Virus record (IMG/VR): IMGVR_UViG_3300012286_000299 | Location: 45,277-109,276 of that record | DNA length: 64,000 nucleotides | Origin: a virus | Lineage: Duplodnaviria; Heunggongvirae; Uroviricota; Caudoviricetes | Direction: 5' to 3' (one strand) | In this document: positions 19,259-29,894 of the stretch, piece by piece | Position numbering within the stretch: the first letter of the stretch is position 1 | Layout: every line of letters begins with the position of its first letter | Notes under the pieces: model-generated | Databases searched by the model: none | The model's input: the letters and a program-made list of their open reading frames with translations, nothing else | What the model was told of the DNA's origin: nothing | Program-made: the position numbers and the translations under genes

Positions 19259-21574
19259 ATGGCTACAACACCTAATCAAAATTCACTAGAACAAGACTTA
19301 ATCGAGTTATTAAATCGTCGTAGAGGAATTGAAGAAGCAAGTCTTGATGATGCTAGGGATTTAGCTAATTTTTTGCAAATCCAAACTAAAGAACTTAAAT
19401 CCCAATTAGTTGAAAAGAATTCTATTCGTTCAGTTTCTAGAGATATAGTTAAAATAGCTACTCAAACCTTTAATATACAAGATAAAGAATTAGGTACACT
19501 TAAAAGTTTAAAAGATCTATCTAAACAAAGATTAGCTTTAGATCAAAATATTTTAACTTTATCATCTTTAAAAAATAAAGTTTATGAAGGTGATGCTAGA
19601 TCACAATTTGAAATAAATCAGGCTATAGAAGAGCAAATTAAATCTGCTACTAAACTAAAACAAGAAATTCAACAAATTGAAGATCTATCAAATTCCGTAT
19701 CTAAAAATTTTGGGGTTAAAACATTTGGAGCTTTATCAGACATAACAAAATCTATTCCTGGATTAAAAAGATTCTCAGAACCCTTTAATAAAGCTGCAGA
19801 AGCTGCTAGAGAAGTTGGAACTCAGAATGTTATTAATAAAAAAGATTTACAAACTTCTTTAGATACTAATGGAAAAGGTCTTACTAAAGAAAAAATTAAA
19901 CAGTTAGGTTTAGAAAAAGAATTAGGTAATTTAACTGGATCTGCTGCTGCTAAAAAAATTAAATCTCTTGGTTTAGAAGCTAAATCTCAAAGTACTCTTT
20001 TAGCTGGTGCAAAATCTTTAGGACCTTCTTTAGCAAAATCTTTTGGCCCTGCTCTTATAATAACTGAATTAGTTCAAGCTTTTATTAAATTAGATAATTT
20101 AGCCGGAGATACTGCTAAATCAATGGGTATATCCTATGATGAAGCCACTCAATTAAATTCAGAATTTAATGCTATAGCTAATGCAAGTGGTAATATTTTT
20201 GTTACTACTCAAGGGATTAATGAGTCTTTTAATCAAATAAATGCTGCTTTAGGTACTAATGCTAATTTAAGTGAAGAATTATTAGTAACCCAAACACAAC
20301 TTACTAAACAAGCCTTTTATAGTGTTGAAGCTGCTACAGAAATTTCTAAGTTATCTTTAGCTACAGGAAAACCTTCTAAGGAAATTGTAACTACATTTTT
20401 AGGTCAAGCTAAAGCTTTAAATTTAGTTAATAAAACTGCTATTAATGAAAAACAATTAATAGAAGGTATATCAAAAACTTCTAAAGGAATTTTAGCAACT
20501 TTTGCAGCACAACCTGGTAAATTAATTGAAGCATCTTATGCAGCTAAAAAAGTAGGTTTAGAATTAAATGAAATAAAAGGAATACAAGATTCTTTACTTA
20601 ATATTGAATCCTCAATAGCAGCAGAATTTGAAGCTGAAGTATTAACTGGCCAACAGTTAAACTTAGAAAGAGCAAGATATTATGCTTTAACTAATAATAT
20701 AGCAGGTCTTTCACAAGAATTAACAAAACAAGGTATAGATCAAACTAAATTTGCAGGAATGAATGTCCTGCAACAAGAATCAGTAGCCCAAGCTATGGGA
20801 CTATCTCGTGACCAATTAGGAGGAATGTTATTAGATCAAGCTGCTTTATCTAAATTAACTAGAGGGGATACTGAAGAAAATAGAAAAAAACTAGCCTTAT
20901 TAAAAGAACAAGGATTTAGTGCTCAAGCTATTGCTGAATTAGGGCAAGAAGAATTTGATAGACAATTAGCTTCAGCTTCAATGCAAGATAGATTTAATGC
21001 TAGTATGGAAAAATTAAGAGAGGTATTTGTTACTGTAGTTCAATCTTTAATGCCTTTAATAGATATATTTGCATCTGTATTTGAATTATTAGGACCTATA
21101 ATGGCTATTTTAGATCCGATGATCCAAGCAACTCTTGTAGGAGTATCATTAATTATAGATTTAGTAAAGATTTTATCTGGTGATTTTAGTAATATAGGTT
21201 CTGCTACTATAAAACAGATAGGAAAAGCTGAAGTAAGTGCTCAAAAGAATTATGGATTTAATTTTGGAACTACTAAAGAAGGAAGAGAATCAAGAGTACA
21301 AGATGGTATTGCTCCTCCAGGAACTGGTCCATTTTCTATTATGGATAGAAATGGTAATACTACTATTACAGCAGCAAATGATGGATTAGCAGTATCTCCT
21401 AATATAAAAACCCAATCAGCTCCACAACAATCACCACCATTAATTGATTATGAAAAGTTAGGAGCTCATATAGCACAAGCTGTATCTAAAGTTACAGTTC
21501 AAACAAATTTAGATGGAGTAAGTGTATCAAGGGAAATGCAAACACCAATGGGAATAACTACACGCAAAATATAA
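19259..21574 (+). CDS. Tape measure protein
   Basis: 771 aa, helical A/L/Q/K-rich; EFEAEVLTGQQLNLERAR; position after chaperone. Confidence 0.8.
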   Translation: MATTPNQNSLEQDLIELLNRRRGIEEASLDDARDLANFLQIQTKELKSQLVEKNSIRSVSRDIVKIATQTFNIQDKELGTLKSLKDLSKQRLALDQNILTLSSLKNKVYEGDARSQFEINQAIEEQIKSATKLKQEIQQIEDLSNSVSKNFGVKTFGALSDITKSIPGLKRFSEPFNKAAEAAREVGTQNVINKKDLQTSLDTNGKGLTKEKIKQLGLEKELGNLTGSAAAKKIKSLGLEAKSQSTLLAGAKSLGPSLAKSFGPALIITELVQAFIKLDNLAGDTAKSMGISYDEATQLNSEFNAIANASGNIFVTTQGINESFNQINAALGTNANLSEELLVTQTQLTKQAFYSVEAATEISKLSLATGKPSKEIVTTFLGQAKALNLVNKTAINEKQLIEGISKTSKGILATFAAQPGKLIEASYAAKKVGLELNEIKGIQDSLLNIESSIAAEFEAEVLTGQQLNLERARYYALTNNIAGLSQELTKQGIDQTKFAGMNVLQQESVAQAMGLSRDQLGGMLLDQAALSKLTRGDTEENRKKLALLKEQGFSAQAIAELGQEEFDRQLASASMQDRFNASMEKLREVFVTVVQSLMPLIDIFASVFELLGPIMAILDPMIQATLVGVSLIIDLVKILSGDFSNIGSATIKQIGKAEVSAQKNYGFNFGTTKEGRESRVQDGIAPPGTGPFSIMDRNGNTTITAANDGLAVSPNIKTQSAPQQSPPLIDYEKLGAHIAQAVSKVTVQTNLDGVSVSREMQTPMGITTRKI

Positions 21575-21613
21575 TTTTACAATATTTATTATAAACAATA
21601 AAACACAAACACA

Positions 21614-21901
21614 ATGGGATTATTAACATTATTAAACTCAGGAGTAAGTAATTTAGGATATGATGGAGCAACTGTTCCTTCAACTGTGAATAATAATCCT
21701 CCAGGATTTACTCGCCACAATTTATTTTCTACTAATGGAACACCTAACGTAGCATCTAATATTATAGTTGGTGGAGTAACAGGATTACAAGCACCTGCAG
21801 TAACTTACATTCCTTCAAGTTTAGAAGAAAAAGATCCACTTAATACTGCTATTTACAGAAGTAATCCAGGACAAGGGTACTTAGATAACTTACCAGGATA
21901 A
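21614..21901 (+). CDS. Hypothetical virion protein
   Basis: 95 aa after ATATTTAT motif. Confidence 0.55.
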   Translation: MGLLTLLNSGVSNLGYDGATVPSTVNNNPPGFTRHNLFSTNGTPNVASNIIVGGVTGLQAPAVTYIPSSLEEKDPLNTAIYRSNPGQGYLDNLPG

Positions 21902-21905
21902 TTAA

Positions 21906-23819
21906 ATGGCTTTAAGAGATCTTCAAACCAACCTAAAGTCTCTCCAGTTCGGTAATGATACTCCTGGAGGTGGCTCTAGTGGTCTTCCATATATTAAAAC
22001 GGGTTTACCTGAAGACTCACCTGCGGGTGAGTACTTAGCAGGAATCGCGCGAGATAGCATGGATTGGCCGCTTAGAGGTGGGGCTTACTCAACTGTAGCA
22101 TCTACTACAGACTCGGTTAGAATATCGCGTTTTTTAACTGATCTTCCTAGGGGATATGTATTTACTTCTAAACAAGTTCAATTACAGAAATCCAATCCTA
22201 AAATTGAGACTGGTGGTTTTGCTTCTAGATTAAATACACAAACTTATAATTTAAATGCTAATTTATTAGCTCAAGTTTTTGAACAAGGAACTGGTGTTCA
22301 TATACCAAGACCTGGTGCTAATGCTAATGAATTAGGACCTGATAATCCACAAGCTAAATACGAATATATTGTATCTCATAAAAATGCTGATCAAAATAGA
22401 TTAGTTACTTTATATAATGTAAAGGTTAACCCTCCTGAAGGGGTTTCATTAGAATCTTTAATTACAAATGTTGATAAATTAGGAATAAATTCTGATAATG
22501 ATAGTATCCTATTTGATTATGAAATGGGGCCTGATTCATTATATGGAGATGGTAATACAACTATATTTAAAGCAACTGATTTTCAAGGAGTTCCTATAAG
22601 TACTGCAACATCTTTTGATACTTTTAAAAAAGGACCATTTGCAGATATCTATTACAAACCAGAATTCACATTTTTTTCAAAAACTGATTTTGAAAGTGTT
22701 AATAAAAGATATTCTAGTCTTACAAAATATATTTTAAATACAAATATTTCTAGTAGTTTATCCCAAAATTTTAATTCTATTTTAGTTACGGGAACTAGAA
22801 ATACTTTAGATCAACAAGGTAATAATAAATTAACATCAGGTGAATATATAAGACCTGAAAAAAATCCATCGGATTTTGATAAATATACTCAAGGGCAACC
22901 TAATTACTTTGGTAATACTATGGCTTATAGTAAATTATTATCTTCTAAAGCTAATTCGGGAATAGATTATAATTTACAAGATTTTAGATCTAAAACTATA
23001 GATGATAATCCTTTAGCTGAAGATTATACAGATTTTTATATTCCAATGATTACTAGAATTGGAATAGGAAGTCCTGGGGCTAGAAAAGATAGAAGTAATC
23101 CATATATTCCTTTTGTAGAGGGGCAAGATAAAGTTAATATGTCTCCTATCTATAGAAGAACTATTGATACACCCGTTGAAGATGATGATCCTGCTGTTAG
23201 AGATTTAATTAAATTTTGTATTGAGTCTATAGATAATGGGTATCCTGACCAAACAAATAGAATGCATTTTAGAGCATTCATCACTAATTTTTCAGATAAT
23301 ATAGGTGCTGAATGGGATTCTAAAAAATATATGGGTAGAGGTGAAAACTTTTATACTTATCAAGGATTTACAAGAGAAGTAGGATTTACTTTTATAGTAG
23401 CTGCTCAATCGGTTGAAGAAATGGAGAAAATTTACCAAAAAGTAAATTATCTTGCATCAACATTACACCCTGACTATCAAGATGGTACAGGTTTTATGAG
23501 AGGTACAATTCATAAATTAACAATAGGAGAGTATTTTTATAGAACATCAGGTATTATTACTACTATGAATATAAGTGTAGATGATAATTATCCTTGGGAA
23601 ATTAAAATGAAACAACCTGAAATGAGAAAACAAAATAACGATCAGGGAGTAAGTAAAGATCAACTTCAAATGGAAGTTCCACAAATATTAAAAATTCAGA
23701 TGAACTTTAAACCTATAATGGATAAATTACCACAAAAAGGTTTAAAAGAACCAATTATAGTATCAGAAAAAATAGCTTATAATTATTTATCAAGAGAAGA
23801 TTTTCAATTTGCAGAATAG
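21906..23819 (+). CDS. Putative baseplate/tail-tube initiator protein
   Basis: FRAFITNFSDN..AEW..KYMGRGENFYTYQGFTREVGFTF tube-like C-terminal domain. Confidence 0.55.
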   Translation: MALRDLQTNLKSLQFGNDTPGGGSSGLPYIKTGLPEDSPAGEYLAGIARDSMDWPLRGGAYSTVASTTDSVRISRFLTDLPRGYVFTSKQVQLQKSNPKIETGGFASRLNTQTYNLNANLLAQVFEQGTGVHIPRPGANANELGPDNPQAKYEYIVSHKNADQNRLVTLYNVKVNPPEGVSLESLITNVDKLGINSDNDSILFDYEMGPDSLYGDGNTTIFKATDFQGVPISTATSFDTFKKGPFADIYYKPEFTFFSKTDFESVNKRYSSLTKYILNTNISSSLSQNFNSILVTGTRNTLDQQGNNKLTSGEYIRPEKNPSDFDKYTQGQPNYFGNTMAYSKLLSSKANSGIDYNLQDFRSKTIDDNPLAEDYTDFYIPMITRIGIGSPGARKDRSNPYIPFVEGQDKVNMSPIYRRTIDTPVEDDDPAVRDLIKFCIESIDNGYPDQTNRMHFRAFITNFSDNIGAEWDSKKYMGRGENFYTYQGFTREVGFTFIVAAQSVEEMEKIYQKVNYLASTLHPDYQDGTGFMRGTIHKLTIGEYFYRTSGIITTMNISVDDNYPWEIKMKQPEMRKQNNDQGVSKDQLQMEVPQILKIQMNFKPIMDKLPQKGLKEPIIVSEKIAYNYLSREDFQFAE

Positions 23820-23840
23820 GTTCCATTAGGAACCTTTTTT
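23818..23840 (+). terminator. Intrinsic terminator
   Basis: AGGTTCC-ATTA-GGAACCT plus T run. Confidence 0.75.
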
Positions 23841-23870
23841 GTTTTACATATTTATATTAAAATATAAAAT

Positions 23871-24191
23871 ATGCCAAGCAGATATCAAACTATATCTACA
23901 ATGAAATCCGATACGGGTATTACTTCAACTTCAGGTAAAACCATGTATAAACCCACTTATTATCCCAATATTGAAGCACAATCCGACGATAATTATATTT
24001 TAACAGGAGTAGCTGATAGATTAGATAATATAGCTTTTGATTTTTATGGAGATGCCACTTTATGGTGGGTTATATCTATGGTTAATGATTTAGAAGGTGA
24101 TTCAATTTACCCTCCATTAGGAATATATTTAAGAATACCTAAAGATTTAGCTAATATTTTAGCCAAATACAATCAATCAAATAATATATAA
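23871..24191 (+). CDS. Baseplate LysM/gp53-like protein
   Basis: DRLDNIAFDFYGDATLWWVISMVN, GIYLRIP. Confidence 0.75.
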   Translation: MPSRYQTISTMKSDTGITSTSGKTMYKPTYYPNIEAQSDDNYILTGVADRLDNIAFDFYGDATLWWVISMVNDLEGDSIYPPLGIYLRIPKDLANILAKYNQSNNI

Positions 24192-24197
24192 TAAGTT

Positions 24198-26339
24198 ATG
24201 GCTAGTTTAGATTATACTAATATAGCAGGTTCACCCTTTCAACCTTATGTTGCTACTCAAATAGAAAAACGTAAAAAATTAGTTAACAGTGATTATAGAT
24301 CATCATCTGAATTAAATTGGTTATCTAATAAGAATGTTTGGATTAGAGTAAGTTCTGGAGCTAATGTTAAAGAGGGTAATATGAATTACCAAAGATTACA
24401 AGGAGATGAACTTTCTAAAAAATACATTTTACAAGGAGGGTTATTAAATCATCTTCCAGGAGCTGATACTTACTTATTACGTTCAGGAATAGGTCCTGAT
24501 GGAGCTTATGGTATAGGTGGAACTGATTTTGGGTTAACACCAATGCCTGGTATTACTAATATTTCTATTAAAACTGGTGGTAAATTAGGTACTTTAAAAG
24601 AAACAACTATTGATTTTGTTTGTCATAATATTGAGCAACTTAATATAATGGAAGCTCTTTATATGAAGTTAGGTTTTGGTTTATTAGTAGAATGGGGGCA
24701 TACTTATTATATTGATAACGATACAGAGAAAATAGAAAATGTTCCTCAACCTCTTCCTTTTTATGGTATTCATACTAAAGAAGAATTAATGGGAGCCATT
24801 ACTACTCATAGGAAAAATCATAGTGGTAATTATGATGCTTCTTGGGGTATTATTAAAAATTTTACTTATACTCTTGAAGGAAATGGATTATTTAAATGCC
24901 AAGTTCAATTAGTAGGAGCAGGAGATATATTAGAATCATTAAAAATTAATGTATCAGGAGATTATACAGGAAGTGTAGAAGTTGGTTTAGATATTTCAGG
25001 TTCAATTTATCCTGTAGTATCTGATGTTAATAAATCTATGTTAAATAAGGCCTTATATTATATATATTCTAAAGATGTAATTAGTGGAGATAATGTTTCT
25101 TTTAAAATTGAAACAACACCTGAATATTTATCTTCTATTGAACCTTTTTTAGGAAATTTAAATTATTGGTTAGGAGATAATTGGATAAATAATACCGAAT
25201 TAGAACGTAAAGGTTATCATTATCGTTTAATAAATGAACCTGGTGTTCCTAACAATACTGGTGGGGATATAGATACTAATGTACCTCCTATTTTATATCC
25301 TTCTTCTTTTTTTGGAAGATTAATTTTAGGATATGAAATTAATGGAGAAGAGGCAAATGAAAATGATCTTACTAAACCCGGATTAGAACAAGTTTATATT
25401 ACTTTAGGTCATTTATTATTATTAATAATGTCTAATGGAATGTTATTTCAAAGAAATGAGGGTGAAGGGCAAGATAAACAACGTCCTTACATTTATATAG
25501 ATGTAAATCCTGAAACTAATAGATGTTATACATTTCAAGGACATTGTTCTCTTGATCCTTCAGTATGTTTAATAGGTTCAGCTCAATTACCTTTTGGAAT
25601 AACTTCTCAAACTTTTGAAGATATTAAAGCTAATTTTAATTGGTTTGATAATGATGGAACTGGAGGTAGATTTATGTATACCATGGTAAATGTAGATTGG
25701 GTAGCTAGTTTATTAAAAAAATGGAGAGCTAATGATACTAAAGGAAATATTTATTTTGTAGATTTAGTTAAAGATATTTTAGATGGAATTTCTAAAGCTA
25801 CTGGTGGGTATAATGAATTTAGAATTGTTCCTGATGATGATTCAAGATGTGTAAGAATATTAGATGATAGAAGAATGACAGGTCCAGGATTATCTATTCC
25901 TGATTATACTGAAATACCTGTAATAGGTAAAAAAAGTATAGCATATAATTTTAATTATACCTCTAAAATATCTCCTAATACAGCAGCTATGATTGTAGTA
26001 GCAGCACAAGCACAACCTTATGGAGTTCAAGGAGCTGAAAATGCTTTAGCTTTTTCTCATTTAAATAAAGGATTATATAATAGATTAGATACAGTAGTAG
26101 TAGATTCGGGAAATGAAAATAATAAAACAACTGGTGCTAATAATGATGCTGAACAAAGATATATTGAATTAAGAACATATATAGAAAATATATATGATGG
26201 TACTGGTGGGGTTAAAACTAAAAAAGAAATAGAAGCTGCTATTTCTGGAGCCCAAACTACTAATTCACAAAATGCAGGAGTTAATGATGAAATTCGTAAT
26301 TCTGATGGAACCGTAACTTTTATAGGATCTAAAATTTAA
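24198..26339 (+). CDS. Putative baseplate hub protein
   Basis: PMPGITNISIK..G.LGTLKETTIDFVCHNIEQL...LYMKLGFGLLVEWG. Confidence 0.5.
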   Translation: MASLDYTNIAGSPFQPYVATQIEKRKKLVNSDYRSSSELNWLSNKNVWIRVSSGANVKEGNMNYQRLQGDELSKKYILQGGLLNHLPGADTYLLRSGIGPDGAYGIGGTDFGLTPMPGITNISIKTGGKLGTLKETTIDFVCHNIEQLNIMEALYMKLGFGLLVEWGHTYYIDNDTEKIENVPQPLPFYGIHTKEELMGAITTHRKNHSGNYDASWGIIKNFTYTLEGNGLFKCQVQLVGAGDILESLKINVSGDYTGSVEVGLDISGSIYPVVSDVNKSMLNKALYYIYSKDVISGDNVSFKIETTPEYLSSIEPFLGNLNYWLGDNWINNTELERKGYHYRLINEPGVPNNTGGDIDTNVPPILYPSSFFGRLILGYEINGEEANENDLTKPGLEQVYITLGHLLLLIMSNGMLFQRNEGEGQDKQRPYIYIDVNPETNRCYTFQGHCSLDPSVCLIGSAQLPFGITSQTFEDIKANFNWFDNDGTGGRFMYTMVNVDWVASLLKKWRANDTKGNIYFVDLVKDILDGISKATGGYNEFRIVPDDDSRCVRILDDRRMTGPGLSIPDYTEIPVIGKKSIAYNFNYTSKISPNTAAMIVVAAQAQPYGVQGAENALAFSHLNKGLYNRLDTVVVDSGNENNKTTGANNDAEQRYIELRTYIENIYDGTGGVKTKKEIEAAISGAQTTNSQNAGVNDEIRNSDGTVTFIGSKI

Positions 26340-26343
26340 TAAT

Positions 26344-27321
26344 ATGGCCTTAATTCTTAATATAGATCAAATTGATTCCTGTTTAAATACATATAGAGAA
26401 GTATTTTCTGACCCTTTAAAATCTGGAGATGATAATGCTTTTAATGCTGGAGTAATTTTACCGTTAGATTTTAGTCTAGAAATGGATGGTTTAAGTGGAA
26501 TAATACCTCATTCAGCTTTTGTAATTCCTTCGGATTCATTACCACAATCATATTTAATTCAATCTGGTTCAGAAGCAGGTAAACAAAAAGTTGCTTTTAT
26601 TCTTCATACAATAGATCAAAATTTCGATAATAATAAATGGACCACTAAAATTACAGGACAAACCCTTAATATTAGATTTGAACCATTAACTGATGCTGAG
26701 AAAAAGGCTATACAAGATGCTAAAGATAAACAACAATCTTTATCACAATATCAAAATTATGGAAGTAGTGGTACACAAACCTCTAGTAAAAATAAAAAAG
26801 CAGCTTATGATAAAATGGAAGCTACATTTCCTGGATTTAAAACTAAATTAAAACAAGTAGCAGCAAATATTGGTGTAACAGAAGATGTTTTAACTACAGT
26901 AATGTATAAAGAATCAGGTATAAGAACCGATATTAGAAATAGTATAGGATGTGTAGGGTTAATTCAATTTTGTCCTGATAAAGGTGGTGGTGGTACTAAA
27001 ACTATAAATGGAAGAAGCTATAGTTTATCTTCAATTCAAAGTATGAATGGTTTAGATCAATTAGATGTAGTTGAAAGATACTTTAAAGCTTTAGGATTTA
27101 ATAGTGGAAAACCTTCTAATGCTGGTGATTTATATGGTGCTACTTTTTATCCTATTTCTAAAGGAAAACCTTCAAATTGGGTTATGGGTAGTGAAAAAAG
27201 TGCTGAATATGCTATTAAAGTTGCTGCACAAAATCCTGGTATTGCTAAATTTAGTACTGCTAAATTAAATGGTCAAACGGTAATTGATAAAGCAGCATTT
27301 GAAAAATATGTTTATTCTTAA
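26344..27321 (+). CDS. Baseplate protein with C-terminal lytic-transglycosylase-like domain
   Basis: VMYKESG...GCVGLIQFCP lysozyme-fold catalytic motif. Confidence 0.7.
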   Translation: MALILNIDQIDSCLNTYREVFSDPLKSGDDNAFNAGVILPLDFSLEMDGLSGIIPHSAFVIPSDSLPQSYLIQSGSEAGKQKVAFILHTIDQNFDNNKWTTKITGQTLNIRFEPLTDAEKKAIQDAKDKQQSLSQYQNYGSSGTQTSSKNKKAAYDKMEATFPGFKTKLKQVAANIGVTEDVLTTVMYKESGIRTDIRNSIGCVGLIQFCPDKGGGGTKTINGRSYSLSSIQSMNGLDQLDVVERYFKALGFNSGKPSNAGDLYGATFYPISKGKPSNWVMGSEKSAEYAIKVAAQNPGIAKFSTAKLNGQTVIDKAAFEKYVYS

Positions 27322-27327
27322 TAAATT

Positions 27328-27924
27328 ATGAAGTATTTCCCAAAATCACGAATAATAACTAACCAAAAATCATCACCAGGACAATTTAAAATGGCTGATG
27401 GAAAAGAATATAGTGGACCATATTATACTACATTTAAAGGAGAATCATTTACTGGAGAAAGTCCTACTAAGGGATTTTCAGCTCCTTTAACTAATACACC
27501 TCCTGTAGCTAGTTTTGATTTTAGTAATCCTACAATTGAAAATTATAAACAATTAAAATCTATTAATGTTAATTTAGTTGATCCTACTCCTTTTACTCCA
27601 CGTCCTACTGAAGAAGATTATAAAATTGGTAAAATAACAAGATATTTTGCTAGACAAAGAAATGGTACTACATTTAGATTAATGGAAATTGATAAAGCAA
27701 CTTACACAGCTTTTACAAGTGGTGTAGGTAATGCTAATACTTCATTATGGAAAGTAGTTTCAATATTTTGGCAAATATCAGGTCCTCTTTATAATGAAAA
27801 GATTAATAATATCACAACTAAAGCTGGTATAGTAGATACTAATAAAAGAATATTAGATAAAACTGAGCCTAATTTTATAGGTTTAAAACAATACTTAACT
27901 GATTTAAAACAATTTTCAAAATAA
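27328..27924 (+). CDS. Hypothetical baseplate-region protein
   Basis: 198 aa; PRPTEEDYKIGKITRYF. Confidence 0.55.
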   Translation: MKYFPKSRIITNQKSSPGQFKMADGKEYSGPYYTTFKGESFTGESPTKGFSAPLTNTPPVASFDFSNPTIENYKQLKSINVNLVDPTPFTPRPTEEDYKIGKITRYFARQRNGTTFRLMEIDKATYTAFTSGVGNANTSLWKVVSIFWQISGPLYNEKINNITTKAGIVDTNKRILDKTEPNFIGLKQYLTDLKQFSK

Positions 27925-28021
27925 TAAAAAATGGCCGAGGGTCTTATGATTGGAATTGCAATATTTGGTTGCATCCTTTTTATAATAGAATTTAACAAAA
28001 AATAATCTTCTTTACTAAAAA

Positions 28022-28053
28022 TTTGGTTTTATAAATAAATCTTCTTATATTTG
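28022..28053 (+). promoter_or_regulatory. Bacteroidota-type sigma70 promoter
   Basis: TTTG-N20-TATATTTG matches the established -33 TTTG / -7 TAnnTTTG consensus. Confidence 0.75.
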
Positions 28054-28079
28054 AAGGAGAAGGGGATAAAAATAAGGTT

Positions 28080-29417
28080 ATGTTTTATATAGTAGAGACG
28101 CAGGAACAGTTAGGACAGTTAAGGGTACAAGAAGGGTGTTATATTAATGTAATCCCACTTTCACCTAATTATCACCCAGTATTAACTGGTATATCATTAA
28201 TTTATTATAAACCAAAAGATGGTAAGGGATTAATATTTACTATAAATCATAATGAAGGGTTTCATTTAAATTTAGAAAAAATAAAAGAATTTATTCTCAG
28301 CCATGAAGTTATTTATGTTTTAGATAAAAAATATACTTCTCATTTAATGGGAGAGGAATTTTTACAAAGTAAAGTACAAGATATAAATTTATTATCACTT
28401 CACACCACGCCCTTCACTCCGTATATACAAAATTGTGAAACAAATATACACACTCATTTCCAAAGACTTTATAAGGATAAATCATATTTAAACTCTATTA
28501 TCCCAATTTGTAAGCATTATGATACACAAGAAAAGATTTATAATATAATACAGCCTTGGGTTGAAAAACAGCACGAAATCAGTTATTATAACGAGGAATA
28601 TATTGAGGTATTCTACCGTATCGAAAAACAAGGTATCGCGTTAAATACTCAAGTTTTTAATGAAAGTTTTACTTTAGAAAACCCTAATTTTAATGTAAAA
28701 GATGGTAAAATTTATACACAATTTAATCTAAATAATTTTACTTCTCGTCCTTCAAATTCATTTAATGGAATTAATTTTGCAGCATTAAATAAACATAACG
28801 GACAACGAGCATCTTTTATACCTCAAAACGATTATTTATTTGAATTTGATTATGATTCTTATCACCCTCGTATTTTAGCTAAATTAATTGGATATGAATT
28901 TAAGGAAGCCTCGGTTCACACCCATTTAGGGCAAATGTATTTCAAGACAGATAATTTAACAGAAGAACAGTATCAACAATCTAAAGAATTAACTTTTAAA
29001 CAATTGTATGGAGGAGTATTTGAACAATACAAAGATATCCCATATTTTAAACTAGTAAAAGAATTAACTGATTTATTATGGGGAAAATTTAATAATGAAG
29101 GATATATAGATTTAATAGGAGGGAGGAAATTATTTGCTAAGGATATTGAAAATGCAACTCCTCAAAAGTTATTAAATTATATAATACAATCAGGAGAAAC
29201 CTATTATAACGTGGCTTCTATTAAGAAAGTATTAAAATATTTGGAGAATAAAAAAAGTAATATTATATTATATACTTACGATTCAATATTAATAGATTAT
29301 AATAGAGAAGACGGAAAAGATACACTTAAAGATATAAAAAACTTATTAGAAGAAAGTTTTGGTTTTAAAGTAAATGCTAGTTATGGAATAAACTACAACA
29401 ATTTAACAAAAATATAA
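28080..29417 (+). CDS. Short, divergent family A DNA polymerase
   Basis: Motif A DYDSYHPRILA, motif B SKELTFKQLYGG, motif C LYTYDSIL; FTSRPSN. Confidence 0.8.
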   Translation: MFYIVETQEQLGQLRVQEGCYINVIPLSPNYHPVLTGISLIYYKPKDGKGLIFTINHNEGFHLNLEKIKEFILSHEVIYVLDKKYTSHLMGEEFLQSKVQDINLLSLHTTPFTPYIQNCETNIHTHFQRLYKDKSYLNSIIPICKHYDTQEKIYNIIQPWVEKQHEISYYNEEYIEVFYRIEKQGIALNTQVFNESFTLENPNFNVKDGKIYTQFNLNNFTSRPSNSFNGINFAALNKHNGQRASFIPQNDYLFEFDYDSYHPRILAKLIGYEFKEASVHTHLGQMYFKTDNLTEEQYQQSKELTFKQLYGGVFEQYKDIPYFKLVKELTDLLWGKFNNEGYIDLIGGRKLFAKDIENATPQKLLNYIIQSGETYYNVASIKKVLKYLENKKSNIILYTYDSILIDYNREDGKDTLKDIKNLLEESFGFKVNASYGINYNNLTKI

Positions 29418-29426
29418 ATAAAAGTT

Positions 29427-29894
29427 ATGATTAATGCACAGGTTATAGATCCTTCATATATTTATTTCAAATACGACATTGATGTCACCTGCCCCGATTT
29501 AAAAGATATGAATAAATTATTTTGCACATTTTCTAGCAAAAATGAATTAGAGGAAACTCTAACAAAAATCCAATCCAATTACAAAATTTTATTTAATAAA
29601 ATATTTGTACTTTATATAGAATCTACAGAAGAATATGTTTGTACTTATAACATAGATCATAATAATATGAGTACAGGTTTATTACACAATACCATTTTAT
29701 TACATAGGAAAAAAGAAAGTAATACTCTTTATACTATTAATGCTTTGAATGATTTAATTAAATCGTTAAATAATGGTGTATTAGATAATAAATTTATGAT
29801 TAATTGGAAGGATTATCAAAATAGTATATTACTTACTCATGCTGGTGATTTGAAGAAATTAGATACTAAAATTTACAAGATAATTGCTTTATGA
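29427..29894 (+). CDS. Conserved hypothetical protein
   Basis: KLFCTF, LLHRKKESNTLYTINALN. Confidence 0.6.
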   Translation: MINAQVIDPSYIYFKYDIDVTCPDLKDMNKLFCTFSSKNELEETLTKIQSNYKILFNKIFVLYIESTEEYVCTYNIDHNNMSTGLLHNTILLHRKKESNTLYTINALNDLIKSLNNGVLDNKFMINWKDYQNSILLTHAGDLKKLDTKIYKIIAL

